From IMG/VR virus record IMGVR_UViG_3300042914_000556, positions 1-58,897 of that record: a stretch of 58,897 bases of DNA. One strand, written 5' to 3'. Position 1 is the stretch's first letter, and each line of letters starts with the position of its first letter. The stretch comes from a virus (lineage: Duplodnaviria; Caudoviricetes). Under the pieces are notes generated by a model. It worked only from the letters and a program-made list of their open reading frames with translations, was not told the DNA's origin and did no database searches. Position numbers and translations under genes: made by a program. Below, one piece after another: positions 46,912 to 57,024 of this stretch.

Positions 46912-48954
46912 TTAACCTCCGAAGACAATTGCCATTGCTATGGCTTTACCAGTATTGATCCCAGCTTGCCCACCATTGCCACCTACTTGTGCGTAAGCTT
47001 CCCAAGTCGTGCCGTCGTATACAAGCTGTACACTTACCCCGTTGATATTACAAATCAAGTCTTCCGCTAGCCCTGCAATGGTAGCTCCGTTCCTAGCGAT
47101 TGTCAGATTATTTGTGCCCCACACACCACCAGCATCAGCTATAGCTACTAGCGCCCCAGTAGGCGGGCTAGCGGGAAGCGTTACTGTAAATGCTCCAGCC
47201 GTGGTATCAGCTAACACACCCTCATTATTATTTGCGGTGTAGTTAGTAGTCCTATAAACATATTGCAGGGCGTTACCCGTAGGGCCGGTCGGACCTGCTG
47301 TCCCATTAGTACCTGTTGGGCCAGTTGGGCCTGCTGCACCATTCGCACCATTTGCGCCAGTTGGGCCTGTTGGTCCTACTGCACCGGCTGCACCACTAGT
47401 ACCTGTTGGGCCAGTTGGACCTGCTGCACCTGCGTTACCTTGCGCACCAGTAGGACCAGTAGGGCCTGCTACACCTTGATCACCTTGTATACCTTGTACG
47501 CCTTGAGGACCAGTTGGACCTACGGCACCTTGAGTACCTTGCGCACCAGTTGGACCAGTTGGGCCTGCTGCGCCTGCGTCACCTTGTGCACCAGTGGGAC
47601 CTGTCGGACCTGCTACACCTTGAGTACCCTGCGCACCAGTTGGGCCAGTAGGACCGGCTACGCCTTGTACACCCTGTATACCTTGTGGGCCTTGTGGGCC
47701 AGTAGGCCCTGCTGAACCTGAATCTCCTTGCGCACCGGTGGGACCTGTTGGTCCTACATTACCTTGTGGACCAGTTGGGCCTGCTACCGTGCTTGCTGCG
47801 CCAGTTGGACCTGTAGCGCCAGCGGGACCTGTTGGACCAGCTACACCAACAGACTGTAAAACGACAATTAGCTGATGGTTGTTCGAGAAATTAGTTGTGC
47901 CTACGCCACCAGAAGTTGTCAACGTAACTGGCAAAGTTACATAGCTATTAGTAACTACCGTCGGTGGGGCGTTTACTTGCCATTTTTGGTAGTTCGCAGA
48001 ATTATTTCTATCCTGAAGAACTACCGTGTCGCCTGTCTTTATAAACTCCAAGAAGACATCAATATCTAAGCCACCTTGTTCTAAGTGACTTAGCGTTATC
48101 TGTGTCGCAGATATCTGTGTTGCGTTATTCCAATATAGATGCCCATTAGTCGGCACCCCGCTTGTTTGAGTTGTGTCTGCTTGATATTCGTAAAAGCTAG
48201 ACGATTGTCCATCAGCGCCTTGCGCACCTGTCGGGCCTGTAGGTCCTGCTGAACCTGCATTACCTTGCGCACCTGTTGGGCCCGTAGGACCTGCGGTTGT
48301 GCTCGCCGCCCCAGTAGGGCCTGTAGGACCAGAACCTGTTGGGCCGACATCACCTTGCGCCCCCTGTACGCCTTGAGGACCAGTTGGACCAGCGCTGCCT
48401 TGATCACCTTGAGGACCTGTTGGACCAGTTGGGCCAGCAACATTAGACGCCGCGCCTGTCGGGCCTGTTGGGCCAGAACCTGTAGGACCTACCGCACCAG
48501 CAGCACCTGTCGGACCTGTAGGGCCAGCAGCACCAGCGGTGCCTTGAACACCCTGTATACCCTGTACGCCTTGTGGACCTGTTGGACCAGCGACGTTAGA
48601 TGCCGCACCTGTAGGACCAGTGGGTCCAGTTGTACCAGAAGTACCAGAAGTACCAGTAGGCCCTGTTGGGCCTGTAGGACCATCTAAACCAATGTACCCG
48701 GGGGAACCAGTAGGGCCAGTAGGACCAGCGACGTTAGAAGCAGCGCCAGTGGGGCCCGTTGGGCCTGTTAGACCAGTAGCACCAGTAGGGCCTGTAGCAC
48801 CTAAAGAACCAGTCGGGCCGGTAGGACCACTAGCAGGGCCAGTAGGACCAGCCGAACCCGCAGGGCCTGTAGGACCAACTGCACCTTGAGGGCCTTGTTG
48901 GATAAGCTCAATTACGTCGCTAGACGATGAAACAACTACTTGTATCTGGCTCAT
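46912..48954 (-). CDS. Collagen-like (Gly-Pro-Thr) fibre protein
   Basis: Two long GXY runs around a globular insert; C-terminal FTVTLPASP domain. Confidence 0.9.
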   Translation of the reverse strand: MSQIQVVVSSSSDVIELIQQGPQGAVGPTGPAGSAGPTGPASGPTGPTGSLGATGPTGATGLTGPTGPTGAASNVAGPTGPTGSPGYIGLDGPTGPTGPTGTSGTSGTTGPTGPTGAASNVAGPTGPQGVQGIQGVQGTAGAAGPTGPTGAAGAVGPTGSGPTGPTGAASNVAGPTGPTGPQGDQGSAGPTGPQGVQGAQGDVGPTGSGPTGPTGAASTTAGPTGPTGAQGNAGSAGPTGPTGAQGADGQSSSFYEYQADTTQTSGVPTNGHLYWNNATQISATQITLSHLEQGGLDIDVFLEFIKTGDTVVLQDRNNSANYQKWQVNAPPTVVTNSYVTLPVTLTTSGGVGTTNFSNNHQLIVVLQSVGVAGPTGPAGATGPTGAASTVAGPTGPQGNVGPTGPTGAQGDSGSAGPTGPQGPQGIQGVQGVAGPTGPTGAQGTQGVAGPTGPTGAQGDAGAAGPTGPTGAQGTQGAVGPTGPQGVQGIQGDQGVAGPTGPTGAQGNAGAAGPTGPTGTSGAAGAVGPTGPTGANGANGAAGPTGPTGTNGTAGPTGPTGNALQYVYRTTNYTANNNEGVLADTTAGAFTVTLPASPPTGALVAIADAGGVWGTNNLTIARNGATIAGLAEDLICNINGVSVQLVYDGTTWEAYAQVGGNGGQAGINTGKAIAMAIVFGG

Positions 48955-48962
48955 GGCTGTTC

Positions 48963-49313
48963 CTATCGAGTTACTTCCTTGCTTATCTCAACTTGACCTT
49001 CAAGTAGTCGAGTAACCACACCAGTTGGGGAAATAACTTCCAAATCATATACACCGCAAAAAGTAGTTAGCGCGGCAGTATCTGTCGCAGATACTAACAA
49101 AGTTATTAGCCCGTTAGACCCACCGACCGTAATTCTTCCGTTCTCAGTGGTCAACGCCAAAATAACGTCTGAAGAAGATATAGTCTTACGTATCTGCATA
49201 CGCGCGGTGTACCCAGTTACATTGACCGCTACCCCAGCCGAGTCTTTCCAAACAAGGGGCTGATTGAATGTAGCGCCTTGCTCTATATAAAAATCGTAAA
49301 AACCAGCCGACAT
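48963..49313 (-). CDS. Fibre attachment / baseplate-like protein
   Basis: IEQGATF...GYTARMQIR...GVYDLE...RLLEG. Confidence 0.65.
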   Translation of the reverse strand: MSAGFYDFYIEQGATFNQPLVWKDSAGVAVNVTGYTARMQIRKTISSSDVILALTTENGRITVGGSNGLITLLVSATDTAALTTFCGVYDLEVISPTGVVTRLLEGQVEISKEVTR

Positions 49314-49322
49314 GGCAGCTCC

Positions 49323-49931
49323 TTAAAACGGTCGCATGCGCACATGCAACTGCACATTTCTGTAATCGCGAATCCGCGCGTTGGTTACCGCCTGTTCATA
49401 CAAGCCTTTGTGCATTGCGGCTTGTTCTGTGTTTGTCCACTCTTTATTAGGGGTACGAGTTATACGATAAATCGCCCCGCTAACAAACGCGTCTGCCCAG
49501 CGCTGGTATACAAAACTTGGTATGCCTCGCGCGGTGCGCGATGGCTTTAGCACTAACCGAACAGTTAACGGCAAAGCCGTATCTGGTATGGGGAACAGCC
49601 GAATTTGTGTTTCTTGTACAATCCAAAAATGTGTAGGTTGCCCTGTGCGGGATAAATCTTCTGGATTGATAAGACGTTCGTCCGTGTGCTCTATATTGAT
49701 GTTATCAACTTTAGCCCACAACACAGACTCGACAACAGCACAATCAGTGATGTCGTATAACGCTTGGTTTACAACAGTATTCTGCGAAACTAAGTCTTCC
49801 CGCCATAATTGAGTGCGCGAGAAAAAATCTTCTGCTACCGCTGCTAATTCGCGGTTAATGATCTCAAGCGGGCACCCGGGGATATCAGGTGTAATTAGCG
49901 GGTGGAGTGCCTCCCAATAGACAGTCGCCAT
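49323..49931 (-). CDS. Head-tail adaptor / tail tubular protein A-like
   Basis: PGCP, LFPIP, LKPS motifs; synteny. Confidence 0.6.
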   Translation of the reverse strand: MATVYWEALHPLITPDIPGCPLEIINRELAAVAEDFFSRTQLWREDLVSQNTVVNQALYDITDCAVVESVLWAKVDNINIEHTDERLINPEDLSRTGQPTHFWIVQETQIRLFPIPDTALPLTVRLVLKPSRTARGIPSFVYQRWADAFVSGAIYRITRTPNKEWTNTEQAAMHKGLYEQAVTNARIRDYRNVQLHVRMRPF

Positions 49932-50605
49932 TATCTATCCTCCGGGGTTTCTCTTTCGTCGCTAACATCAATGCCTGTAATAGCACTCATCATCGACTGA
50001 TAATACGCAGCAGCGCGTTGCGCGTTGCCAGCTTGTTCAACATCCTTGCTGTAAGCGCGATACATCATATAATCAAGCAGCGCGTTAGCGTACGTATCAT
50101 CAAGATTGATGGTCGTAGTAGTTGCTGGATTAAGCAGTTGTTGTTCTGTCAAAGCATGCGAAGCAGGGAATGTAGAATAAACAATCTCAAGTTGCGCAGT
50201 AGCGGTGGCTGGCGGATAAGTTAAAAACTCTTTAGGTAACCTCTTATCGAACATGTATTTCTCAATGTTGATAGAGGAAGGAGTTGTAGTCCACCCCGGC
50301 AGTTCGTCATCCATAGTTTGACGACCTACTAAACGCACAGTGCGCTTAGACGACCCAGCAGCTACGTTAGCAATAACTTCAAGTAGCCGTTGGGCGTTCT
50401 GAAAATTGCTAATATTTTGTCTGTATCCAGCCGAACAAGTAAAAGTTCCGACCTGCGCGTTCGCGTCTGGGCGGCGGTTGACAATCTCACGATAGCCATC
50501 GTTCAGCCAATACTGAAGTTCTGTCGCAGGCCAACGAACTGCGGTTGGGTCCTTTAACAGAACTAGCGCCCTAGTTATCAGGTCTACAACTTTTACTGTC
50601 GCCAT
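49931..50605 (-). CDS. DUF6682-like head-tail connector protein
   Basis: RW...EL..WLNDG.REI...RPDA; YPPA; DYMMYRAYSKD. Confidence 0.7.
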   Translation of the reverse strand: MATVKVVDLITRALVLLKDPTAVRWPATELQYWLNDGYREIVNRRPDANAQVGTFTCSAGYRQNISNFQNAQRLLEVIANVAAGSSKRTVRLVGRQTMDDELPGWTTTPSSINIEKYMFDKRLPKEFLTYPPATATAQLEIVYSTFPASHALTEQQLLNPATTTTINLDDTYANALLDYMMYRAYSKDVEQAGNAQRAAAYYQSMMSAITGIDVSDERETPEDR

Positions 50606-50616
50606 TTGGTTAGTCC

Positions 50617-50925
50617 TTAGCCAACTAAGCCAATCGGCTCAGTGTCAGGGGGAGTGGCTTGTTCCTGTACTTCTACGTGGACCACTTCCTCGCTGGTAGT
50701 ATCAACCGATTCTACTATAGGGGTTTTTGCGGGTCTACCACGCTTACGGGGGCTATCATCGGGCATAACGTCAGGCGCTGCAAGTAGTTGACGGCCTTCT
50801 TCAGTAAATACCATGTCGTCGCCATTAAGTTGGCCGAGAATGATCCATTGCCCGTCGAGGCGAACACGCGCCTTGCCTCTGCAAATTTCCCCACCAAGTT
50901 TTTCCACAAGATCGTAGACAGTCAT
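50617..50925 (-). CDS. Hypothetical protein
   Basis: GGAGG RBS before ATG 50925; KRGRP motif. Confidence 0.65.
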   Translation of the reverse strand: MTVYDLVEKLGGEICRGKARVRLDGQWIILGQLNGDDMVFTEEGRQLLAAPDVMPDDSPRKRGRPAKTPIVESVDTTSEEVVHVEVQEQATPPDTEPIGLVG

Positions 50926-50935
50926 CAAGTCCTCC

Positions 50936-50962
50936 AAAAAATTAAAGGGGGCCGAAGCCCCC
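50936..50962 (-). terminator. Intrinsic terminator after the capsid genes
   Basis: GGGGGC-TTCG-GCCCCC-TTTAATTTTT on the - strand. Confidence 0.8.
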
Positions 50963-50974
50963 TAGTTTTACTAC

Positions 50975-51340
50975 TTAGGCTGGGGTAGCCACAGAGCTGA
51001 GCATAGCGATCCAAGTCAGTCCTGTCGAACCAATTTGAATGCACTCTACCGCTTGCTGCTGACCAACCACCAGAGCGGCGTTAGCTGCTGCGCCGTTGAT
51101 GGTGCCACCGACCGGTGGGTATACCTTGATGTCCTGAGCGGAATCGAGGTTAGCGATAACTACACGCGACTGAGCCGACAAATCAGATGGAAGAATTACG
51201 CCATCGTTATCTGCTGCGACTACGGTAACGGTTGCAATCGCGCCAGTGATGGCGGTTGCGCCTGCTTGGGTTTGGGTAGCACCAGCGGTAACGCCGGTTT
51301 GAATGCCACCAACAATTGCTGGGAACTGAGTACCTGCCAT
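50975..51340 (-). CDS. Capsid decoration/cement protein
   Basis: Small Ala/Thr/Gly beta protein directly after the major capsid gene; VYPPVGGTING. Confidence 0.6.
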   Translation of the reverse strand: MAGTQFPAIVGGIQTGVTAGATQTQAGATAITGAIATVTVVAADNDGVILPSDLSAQSRVVIANLDSAQDIKVYPPVGGTINGAAANAALVVGQQQAVECIQIGSTGLTWIAMLSSVATPA

Positions 51341-51365
51341 GATTTTCTCCTAAATAAAGAGGAAG

Positions 51366-51383
51366 CGGGGGCCGAAGCCCCCG
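51366..51383 (-). terminator. UUCG hairpin after the major capsid gene (partial terminator/stabiliser)
   Basis: CGGGGGC-TTCG-GCCCCCG, same core as 50947-50962 but with a poor U tract. Confidence 0.6.
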
Positions 51384-51387
51384 TCTA

Positions 51388-52389
51388 TTACGATGCTGAA
51401 CCGACCTGAGCCAGAACCAGAGCTTCTGGTTTGACAACCTTGCGACCATAAACTGCCAAGCCGCGAACGATGTCGCCGAAGTCAGTTTGGTTACGCAGAG
51501 GCTCAGTCTTGTTGACGGTCATTGCGAAAGCAACGGCGTCTTTGGTACCAGCAATCATGGTACGACGAGCTTTTGCGTTCGACAGCGTACCGCCGGAAGC
51601 AGTATCGGACAGGCCAGCTACCAACGATTTGCCAGCAGCGCCCTTCGGCAGCAGGTTCGACACGTAGACCGTGAAGCGGTCCAACATACCGATCTTGCCC
51701 GAACGGATGGTGCTCTCTGGGTCGCCAGTGAAGTACGCCTGAGCGATGTTCGACTGCATCAACAGATGACGGTCAAACGGGGAGATCAGCAACCAGCGGC
51801 CAGTCTCAGGTACGTTTTGCTCGTCCAGAACCGACGACATACGTAGGATAGCGTTCAGCACGTTAGCAGCGCTCGACTGATCGATTGGGGTTGTGTCGGT
51901 GCCGAGGTTGTAAGCAGCAGAAATTGCACCTGCCGAACCACCTTCGTTAGCGTTGACTGGACCCTCAGTCACGAACGAGTTAAAGAACACCTCGTTCTCA
52001 ATCGAGATTTTCAACTGCTTCGCTGCGTCTTCGGTAAACATGTTCATCAGGTCGATGTCCGACTGATAGCCGAGCACGTCGCTGACTTGAACGCCGAAGT
52101 ACTTACCCTTGTTGACCTGAAGGTCAGTGTAGATCGGGGTAGGAACTTCATAGCTCAGGTTGTTACCGACTTCGTAGTCGGAGATGCTGATTGATGGAGC
52201 CAGACGGATACGCACGGTATCGCCTTGGTTCTTCAGTTCGCCTTCCCAAGTCGTATTAGCGATCTCGGCAAGCATTGTGTTCTGGTAGAACTTAGCGTTC
52301 AGCTTACCCGACCAGAGGGTCGGAATAAAGGCACCAGAATAGCTAGGGTTGGTGTTAAACGGCGCATTAGCCGGAAATACAGTAGCCAT
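51388..52389 (-). CDS. Major capsid protein (HK97 fold, P22-like coat)
   Basis: FIPTLWS, GDTVRI, LDEQNVPETGRW, GKIGMLDRF, VRGLAVYGRKVV; follows the scaffold gene. Confidence 0.9.
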   Translation of the reverse strand: MATVFPANAPFNTNPSYSGAFIPTLWSGKLNAKFYQNTMLAEIANTTWEGELKNQGDTVRIRLAPSISISDYEVGNNLSYEVPTPIYTDLQVNKGKYFGVQVSDVLGYQSDIDLMNMFTEDAAKQLKISIENEVFFNSFVTEGPVNANEGGSAGAISAAYNLGTDTTPIDQSSAANVLNAILRMSSVLDEQNVPETGRWLLISPFDRHLLMQSNIAQAYFTGDPESTIRSGKIGMLDRFTVYVSNLLPKGAAGKSLVAGLSDTASGGTLSNAKARRTMIAGTKDAVAFAMTVNKTEPLRNQTDFGDIVRGLAVYGRKVVKPEALVLAQVGSAS

Positions 52390-52445
52390 GACTTACTCCT
52401 AAAGAAAGATCAAAGTTGGTTTTCGATCAAGGCTACTGGCTTGCA

Positions 52446-53405
52446 TTACGCTGTGACGCGTCCTGTAAGATAAGCAGCATCGATCTCGGCTTCAAGTTTT
52501 TTAGCCTCTTCGAACTTACTGGTACGGGTCAACTCTGCAACCTTCTGGAACATTTTCTCCACATCCCTCGTGGTATAAATTTTTCCTTTCTGGCTGACTG
52601 GAGTCTGGGCCGTAGCCGTCCGAGTCGGCTGAATTTGACGTTCAACTTCTGATTGCCGTGTGTCGATCTGAGGGGCCGCTTGCGTATCACGGAACAACTT
52701 AACGTAGTACGCAACGCCATCAGCGTCACCACGCGCGTAAGCGTCTTGCGCAACAGTACGACGAGCCGAGCGCAGAATTGGATCAAACTCATCAAGCCAA
52801 GCTATCCACTTAGGGTCATTATTGATTTGATCAAAATCTGGTATGAGATACCGCAGCTTCTGATCAAAAGATACTTCCCCAACACGAGAGTCTGTCTGAA
52901 TGAGTTCATCACGCAACTTTGCGTTTTCCGCAGCCAATGCTTCTAGCCGCGTTTCGAACTCTGCCGCTACTTCACGTGCAACCTTACGCTGTACCTCAAT
53001 GAGATCAGCACCAAAAGTTTCAACATCAGCATCGGTTACGAGCGATTTCTTGCTAGGTTCCGTGCGCTCAACAGGCTTTTCAGCTTGCTGGGTACGCAGT
53101 TGAGTAATCGCAGTTTCAAGTTCTTTGACCTTAGCATGCAGTCTTGGAACTTCAGCGTCGTACATACCTTGTAGGGTACGGTACTTCTGCTGCCACGTTT
53201 CCTCGGGTACCTCGCTAGTCTTCGTCTCGTTCGGCTTTGTTTCAGCGTTCGGAGCAAGTTTCTCTTCACTTACAGGCTCTGCTGGCTCTGGAGCGGGTTC
53301 TTCCTGTAGAGTTTCCTCGGGTGGAGGTTCCGCGTTCCCAGCTAGCTGCTTCTCAAGTTCCTCGATTTCTTTCAACTGCTGCGCTACTTGCTTAGGCAAT
53401 GCCAT
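52446..53405 (-). CDS. Capsid scaffolding protein
   Basis: Acidic/Pro N-terminus, KYRTLQGMY, coiled coil, C-terminal EIDAAYLTGRV. Confidence 0.8.
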   Translation of the reverse strand: MALPKQVAQQLKEIEELEKQLAGNAEPPPEETLQEEPAPEPAEPVSEEKLAPNAETKPNETKTSEVPEETWQQKYRTLQGMYDAEVPRLHAKVKELETAITQLRTQQAEKPVERTEPSKKSLVTDADVETFGADLIEVQRKVAREVAAEFETRLEALAAENAKLRDELIQTDSRVGEVSFDQKLRYLIPDFDQINNDPKWIAWLDEFDPILRSARRTVAQDAYARGDADGVAYYVKLFRDTQAAPQIDTRQSEVERQIQPTRTATAQTPVSQKGKIYTTRDVEKMFQKVAELTRTSKFEEAKKLEAEIDAAYLTGRVTA

Positions 53406-53492
53406 AGTGTTTCCCTTTCAGCTCCAACTCTGCCTCGCCGCTCCTCGAAGGTGTGCAGTCAGACATAATGGTTTGCTACGGTTGATAATCGG

Positions 53493-53735
53493 CTATTTAA
53501 GCCGCTCCAAAACTGAAGGTGCTGTTTCCAGCGCCTCCAAAAAATCTTGCAAAACCTTCGCTTGCCCTTGGAGACGGCGAAGCAGGTGCTCATCGTCAGC
53601 GATGACGAGAGAGGTTTTGACTTCTTCCAGCCTTTGTTTAAAGAGCTTCGTCAAGCCTTCGTGCTCTTGGGTCCGGTACCGCGATAACAGACTTAGAGTA
53701 GAACGATCTGGCTTAACGCCTATGAAAAGATTCAT
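53493..53735 (-). CDS. Conserved small head-module protein
   Basis: RRLQGQAKVL motif; between portal and scaffold. Confidence 0.65.
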   Translation of the reverse strand: MNLFIGVKPDRSTLSLLSRYRTQEHEGLTKLFKQRLEEVKTSLVIADDEHLLRRLQGQAKVLQDFLEALETAPSVLERLK

Positions 53736-53741
53736 ATTTAA

Positions 53742-53771
53742 ATGGTAAGCACTCCATGAAGTACTTGTCAA
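53742..53771 (-). promoter_or_regulatory. Sigma70-like promoter for the head genes
   Basis: TTGACA-18 bp-TACCAT on the - strand. Confidence 0.55.
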
Positions 53772-53784
53772 TAAAAAAGTTTTA

Positions 53785-54867
53785 TTATTTTGAAAACGCG
53801 CGCTCTACAGCGGCCTTTACCTTCTTCCAAACGGGCTCTTCAGTGGACTCCAGCCCACCATATCGTAATTGCAACATGCTACTTAGCGTGTTTGCCTGCT
53901 GAGGAGTTAGGTTACCCCCCTGATTGGGGTCACGCCCAGTTATTTGCATGTAGTCTTCCATCCATGCCGTAGGATGGTTAACTGCTTTTAGAGAACGCCC
54001 TTGCGCAGTAGACGGCCAATGGTATGTATTGTCGTACTTATACAATTCTGGCCTAGCCCCAAGTTGCCATGCCGCCCTGTAGTTATAGTCTTTAGTATTT
54101 AGGTCAGGGGCTTCGCCGTACTTCTTTGTGTAGTCCTTATACCAAGGAGACTGCGCTATTTCCTGCTGAAATTGTTGTTCTAGCTCAGGATTCCAACCTG
54201 AAGCCGTAGCCTGTGGCGAAATCTTTACCGCTGGGATGCTTAAATCTATTTTTCTACCAGTGCCCGGAGGCATTTTTCTACCCGCGTAAATCCTTGCTAA
54301 ATCGCGAGGGGATAACATTTTGTCGGTTATGTAGTCACCAGCAAAATCGTCGTCAATTATGTTCTTGTTGCTATCCTTAACCGCGTAGTTAAAGTCGTAC
54401 TCATCTAATATTTTGTACGCGTTGGCCTTTGGATCGTACTCATACCCAAACTGCCCTAAAGAATTTGCAACAGAGACGTAAGGGCCTATTTTTCCAGCAA
54501 CTACGTCAGAGGGCTTAGTTACTTCGCTGATGCCAGCTTCTTTACGTAGTCTTTTCTGATCTTCATAAGTAAGGTAGCCGCGCTTACCGCCTTTACGTGA
54601 AATCAGATCAGATATTGCAGCCTGTTCTTCAGGGCTAAAATAAGACCTAGTAATAGGACTACGATCTTCTTTAAGTCCAAAAGTATCCAAATAAATTTTA
54701 TGGGCAGCAGACATTTTTGATTTGTCTGTGGCGGCTAGGTCATACCCCTTAACTAGCCCTGCGGTTAAAACATCAGAAGCCGCCGCCCCCATACGCTGTC
54801 CAAACGTAGGCTCTATCTCAATGCCGTTATGGATAATAGGTTTACGTTTGGACTGTAGCCCAGCCAT
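53785..54867 (-). CDS. Hypothetical protein inserted after the portal gene
   Basis: 360-aa ORF, no family recognised. Confidence 0.7.
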   Translation of the reverse strand: MAGLQSKRKPIIHNGIEIEPTFGQRMGAAASDVLTAGLVKGYDLAATDKSKMSAAHKIYLDTFGLKEDRSPITRSYFSPEEQAAISDLISRKGGKRGYLTYEDQKRLRKEAGISEVTKPSDVVAGKIGPYVSVANSLGQFGYEYDPKANAYKILDEYDFNYAVKDSNKNIIDDDFAGDYITDKMLSPRDLARIYAGRKMPPGTGRKIDLSIPAVKISPQATASGWNPELEQQFQQEIAQSPWYKDYTKKYGEAPDLNTKDYNYRAAWQLGARPELYKYDNTYHWPSTAQGRSLKAVNHPTAWMEDYMQITGRDPNQGGNLTPQQANTLSSMLQLRYGGLESTEEPVWKKVKAAVERAFSK

Positions 54868-54869
54868 GA

Positions 54870-56960
54870 TTAAATTCCGTTAGGTCTGGGAGATACCATG
54901 TTCGACTCCCTGCCGCCTACCTGAGAACCGTCGGGTAGCATGTTCTTGGGTGCTGGTTGTCCCGGCATGCCGCCACCGCCCTGCATGGCTTCCTGCGCTG
55001 CGCCCATGAACGTGGCGATCTGCTGCTGCAGTTGCATGATCGTCTCTTGCTGCTGTTGGATGATATCCACCGTCGGACGGTCTGGAACAATGCGGTCTAC
55101 ATTACCCGACAGGTTCCGCGCCGCGTCACGTAGCAGTTCTGCGGTGCCGTTCATGCCAACGATCTGCGAAGCGATTGGGCTGTTCAGTACAAGCTGCAAG
55201 AACTCATTGCGACGGATGGCTTCCGACTCCTTGATCACCAGCGACTGAGCGCCCTTAGCGACAACTTTTAAGTCGCCGATGAAGTCTGGGTCGTTGCTGT
55301 AGCGCAGATTGTCTTGGTACAGTCGCTCGACGATGGGGATCAGAATGTTCTGGTCGATGTTGCTAATGACCTGCTTGATGCCCTTGCCCGCGTTGGAGAT
55401 CAGCATCGACAAACCCGACGACGTACGCCCTGCGCCCGCCACGTGTTCGCCTGTCATGTAACGAGGAATCATCGTGTCCTCGTCCGCGCGTTGCGTGAAC
55501 TTCTCGAACACTGACATCAACTCTTGTGCGTTGCTGTTGGGCTGGAAGAACGAAAGCGGCGGTGCTGAGTCGTTGTACTCGGATGACTGGAACTGCCACA
55601 CCTTCCACGGATACATCTCAGTGATTTCTTCACCAGCCGGTATGCGGGAGATGTTGACACCCACCTGCGGACCCGACGAGATACCCATGTTGTTCGCCAG
55701 CGCACGTGCCGCCGAGTTGACCATGGTCTGCGAGTCACGGCAAAGGTCAGTTACGCCTTTGCCATCAACTGAGCCGGGGAGGTTTTCGTAGCTTGTCAGG
55801 AAGTACGGCTTACGGCCTAGCGGGTCGTAGTTCAATACCGCACGAATGACGACGTTGCCGATCAACCAAATCTCGCAAGGGTACGACAACTGCGGGTCAG
55901 GAATCTCTTCTGGCTTCATGCCCCAGTCGATCAGCATCTGCCCTTGGACGGTATCCCACAACTGCAGCGCGTCTACCAAGTCATCGGTGTGCAGCGCGTA
56001 CGTTAAGTTCTTACCTTCTGCGGTTGCCTTCGCTGAGTCAGTCCACAACCACTCTTTCAGGTTGCCCAGCTTAAATTCATCCAGTACCGAACGGATGGCG
56101 TCTTCAGAGTACCCCTCAACACCAATCAGCGATTCCAGATTCTCCCGCGTCATTCTATGGCGCTCGATGATGTAACCATCACCCAGCTTCCACGACCACG
56201 GTGCCCAGTAGAGCATGAACGGATCAACGCGCTCCCACTCGTTGCGAATAACATCCACGGTGGTTAGTTTGCCATCGACATACTTCATCGACTTGCGCCG
56301 ACGTTTGACTGGCCCCTTCAACACGCCGTAAGGGAACGTCACGATGTCATCCAAGAACTCATCAAACGCGGCGAGGAAGTTGCCCTCGACCATCTGATCT
56401 TCCATCTTGGTTTCCATACGGTCGATGCGGCGATCAGCCTCTGCCTTCATCTCACGCATGGCTTGGTCTTTCATCGCCTTCGCTGCTTCTTCGAGCATCT
56501 CGGGCGGAACCGTTTGACCTTCTGCGTACAGCGGCATGAGCTTCGCCGCCATCTTGGCCTGTAGTTGGTTCACTACATCAGGTGGCAACTCCGGCACGGG
56601 TGTAGCCTCAAGACTCCACGGGCGATCTGAACCTGTGCCTAGTAACGTATCCCGCAGCCAGCTTGTCGCTGCGCGGCACTTGACCGAGGTCAACTGAATA
56701 TAAATGTCTGAGCCGCCCTGCTTCTCAATCTCGGCTAGCTTCTCTGGGTCGTACTCGCCGTTGCGCTGGCGCAGCCCTTTGAGCATACGCTCTTCCAACT
56801 CCCGCTTGGCTAAGCGGGCGGTGTCCCAGCGGGACTTAACGTGTGCCGCTAATCCTTGAATAATGGGCTGAGCGTTTTGCTCCGCCGCTCGCTTCTTGGA
56901 TTCGGCCTCCAAGTCGGCCACCCGTGCGACGGGCATGAGTGCAAGACCTGATCCGTTCAT
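54870..56960 (-). CDS. Portal protein
   Basis: 696 aa after TerL; GVLKGP, AGRTSSGLSML, Gln-rich C-terminus. Confidence 0.88.
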   Translation of the reverse strand: MNGSGLALMPVARVADLEAESKKRAAEQNAQPIIQGLAAHVKSRWDTARLAKRELEERMLKGLRQRNGEYDPEKLAEIEKQGGSDIYIQLTSVKCRAATSWLRDTLLGTGSDRPWSLEATPVPELPPDVVNQLQAKMAAKLMPLYAEGQTVPPEMLEEAAKAMKDQAMREMKAEADRRIDRMETKMEDQMVEGNFLAAFDEFLDDIVTFPYGVLKGPVKRRRKSMKYVDGKLTTVDVIRNEWERVDPFMLYWAPWSWKLGDGYIIERHRMTRENLESLIGVEGYSEDAIRSVLDEFKLGNLKEWLWTDSAKATAEGKNLTYALHTDDLVDALQLWDTVQGQMLIDWGMKPEEIPDPQLSYPCEIWLIGNVVIRAVLNYDPLGRKPYFLTSYENLPGSVDGKGVTDLCRDSQTMVNSAARALANNMGISSGPQVGVNISRIPAGEEITEMYPWKVWQFQSSEYNDSAPPLSFFQPNSNAQELMSVFEKFTQRADEDTMIPRYMTGEHVAGAGRTSSGLSMLISNAGKGIKQVISNIDQNILIPIVERLYQDNLRYSNDPDFIGDLKVVAKGAQSLVIKESEAIRRNEFLQLVLNSPIASQIVGMNGTAELLRDAARNLSGNVDRIVPDRPTVDIIQQQQETIMQLQQQIATFMGAAQEAMQGGGGMPGQPAPKNMLPDGSQVGGRESNMVSPRPNGI

Positions 56961-57024
56961 GGTATTTCCTAACCGCGATGCGTGATGCCCCTATGTACAC
57001 TCACGGATGTGACGTGTCAAGGTG

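Noticed and set aside
56992-57020. Late promoter before the portal gene (TTGACA-17-TACATA on the - strand)
   Set aside because: The -10 lacks the conserved final T; too weak to call
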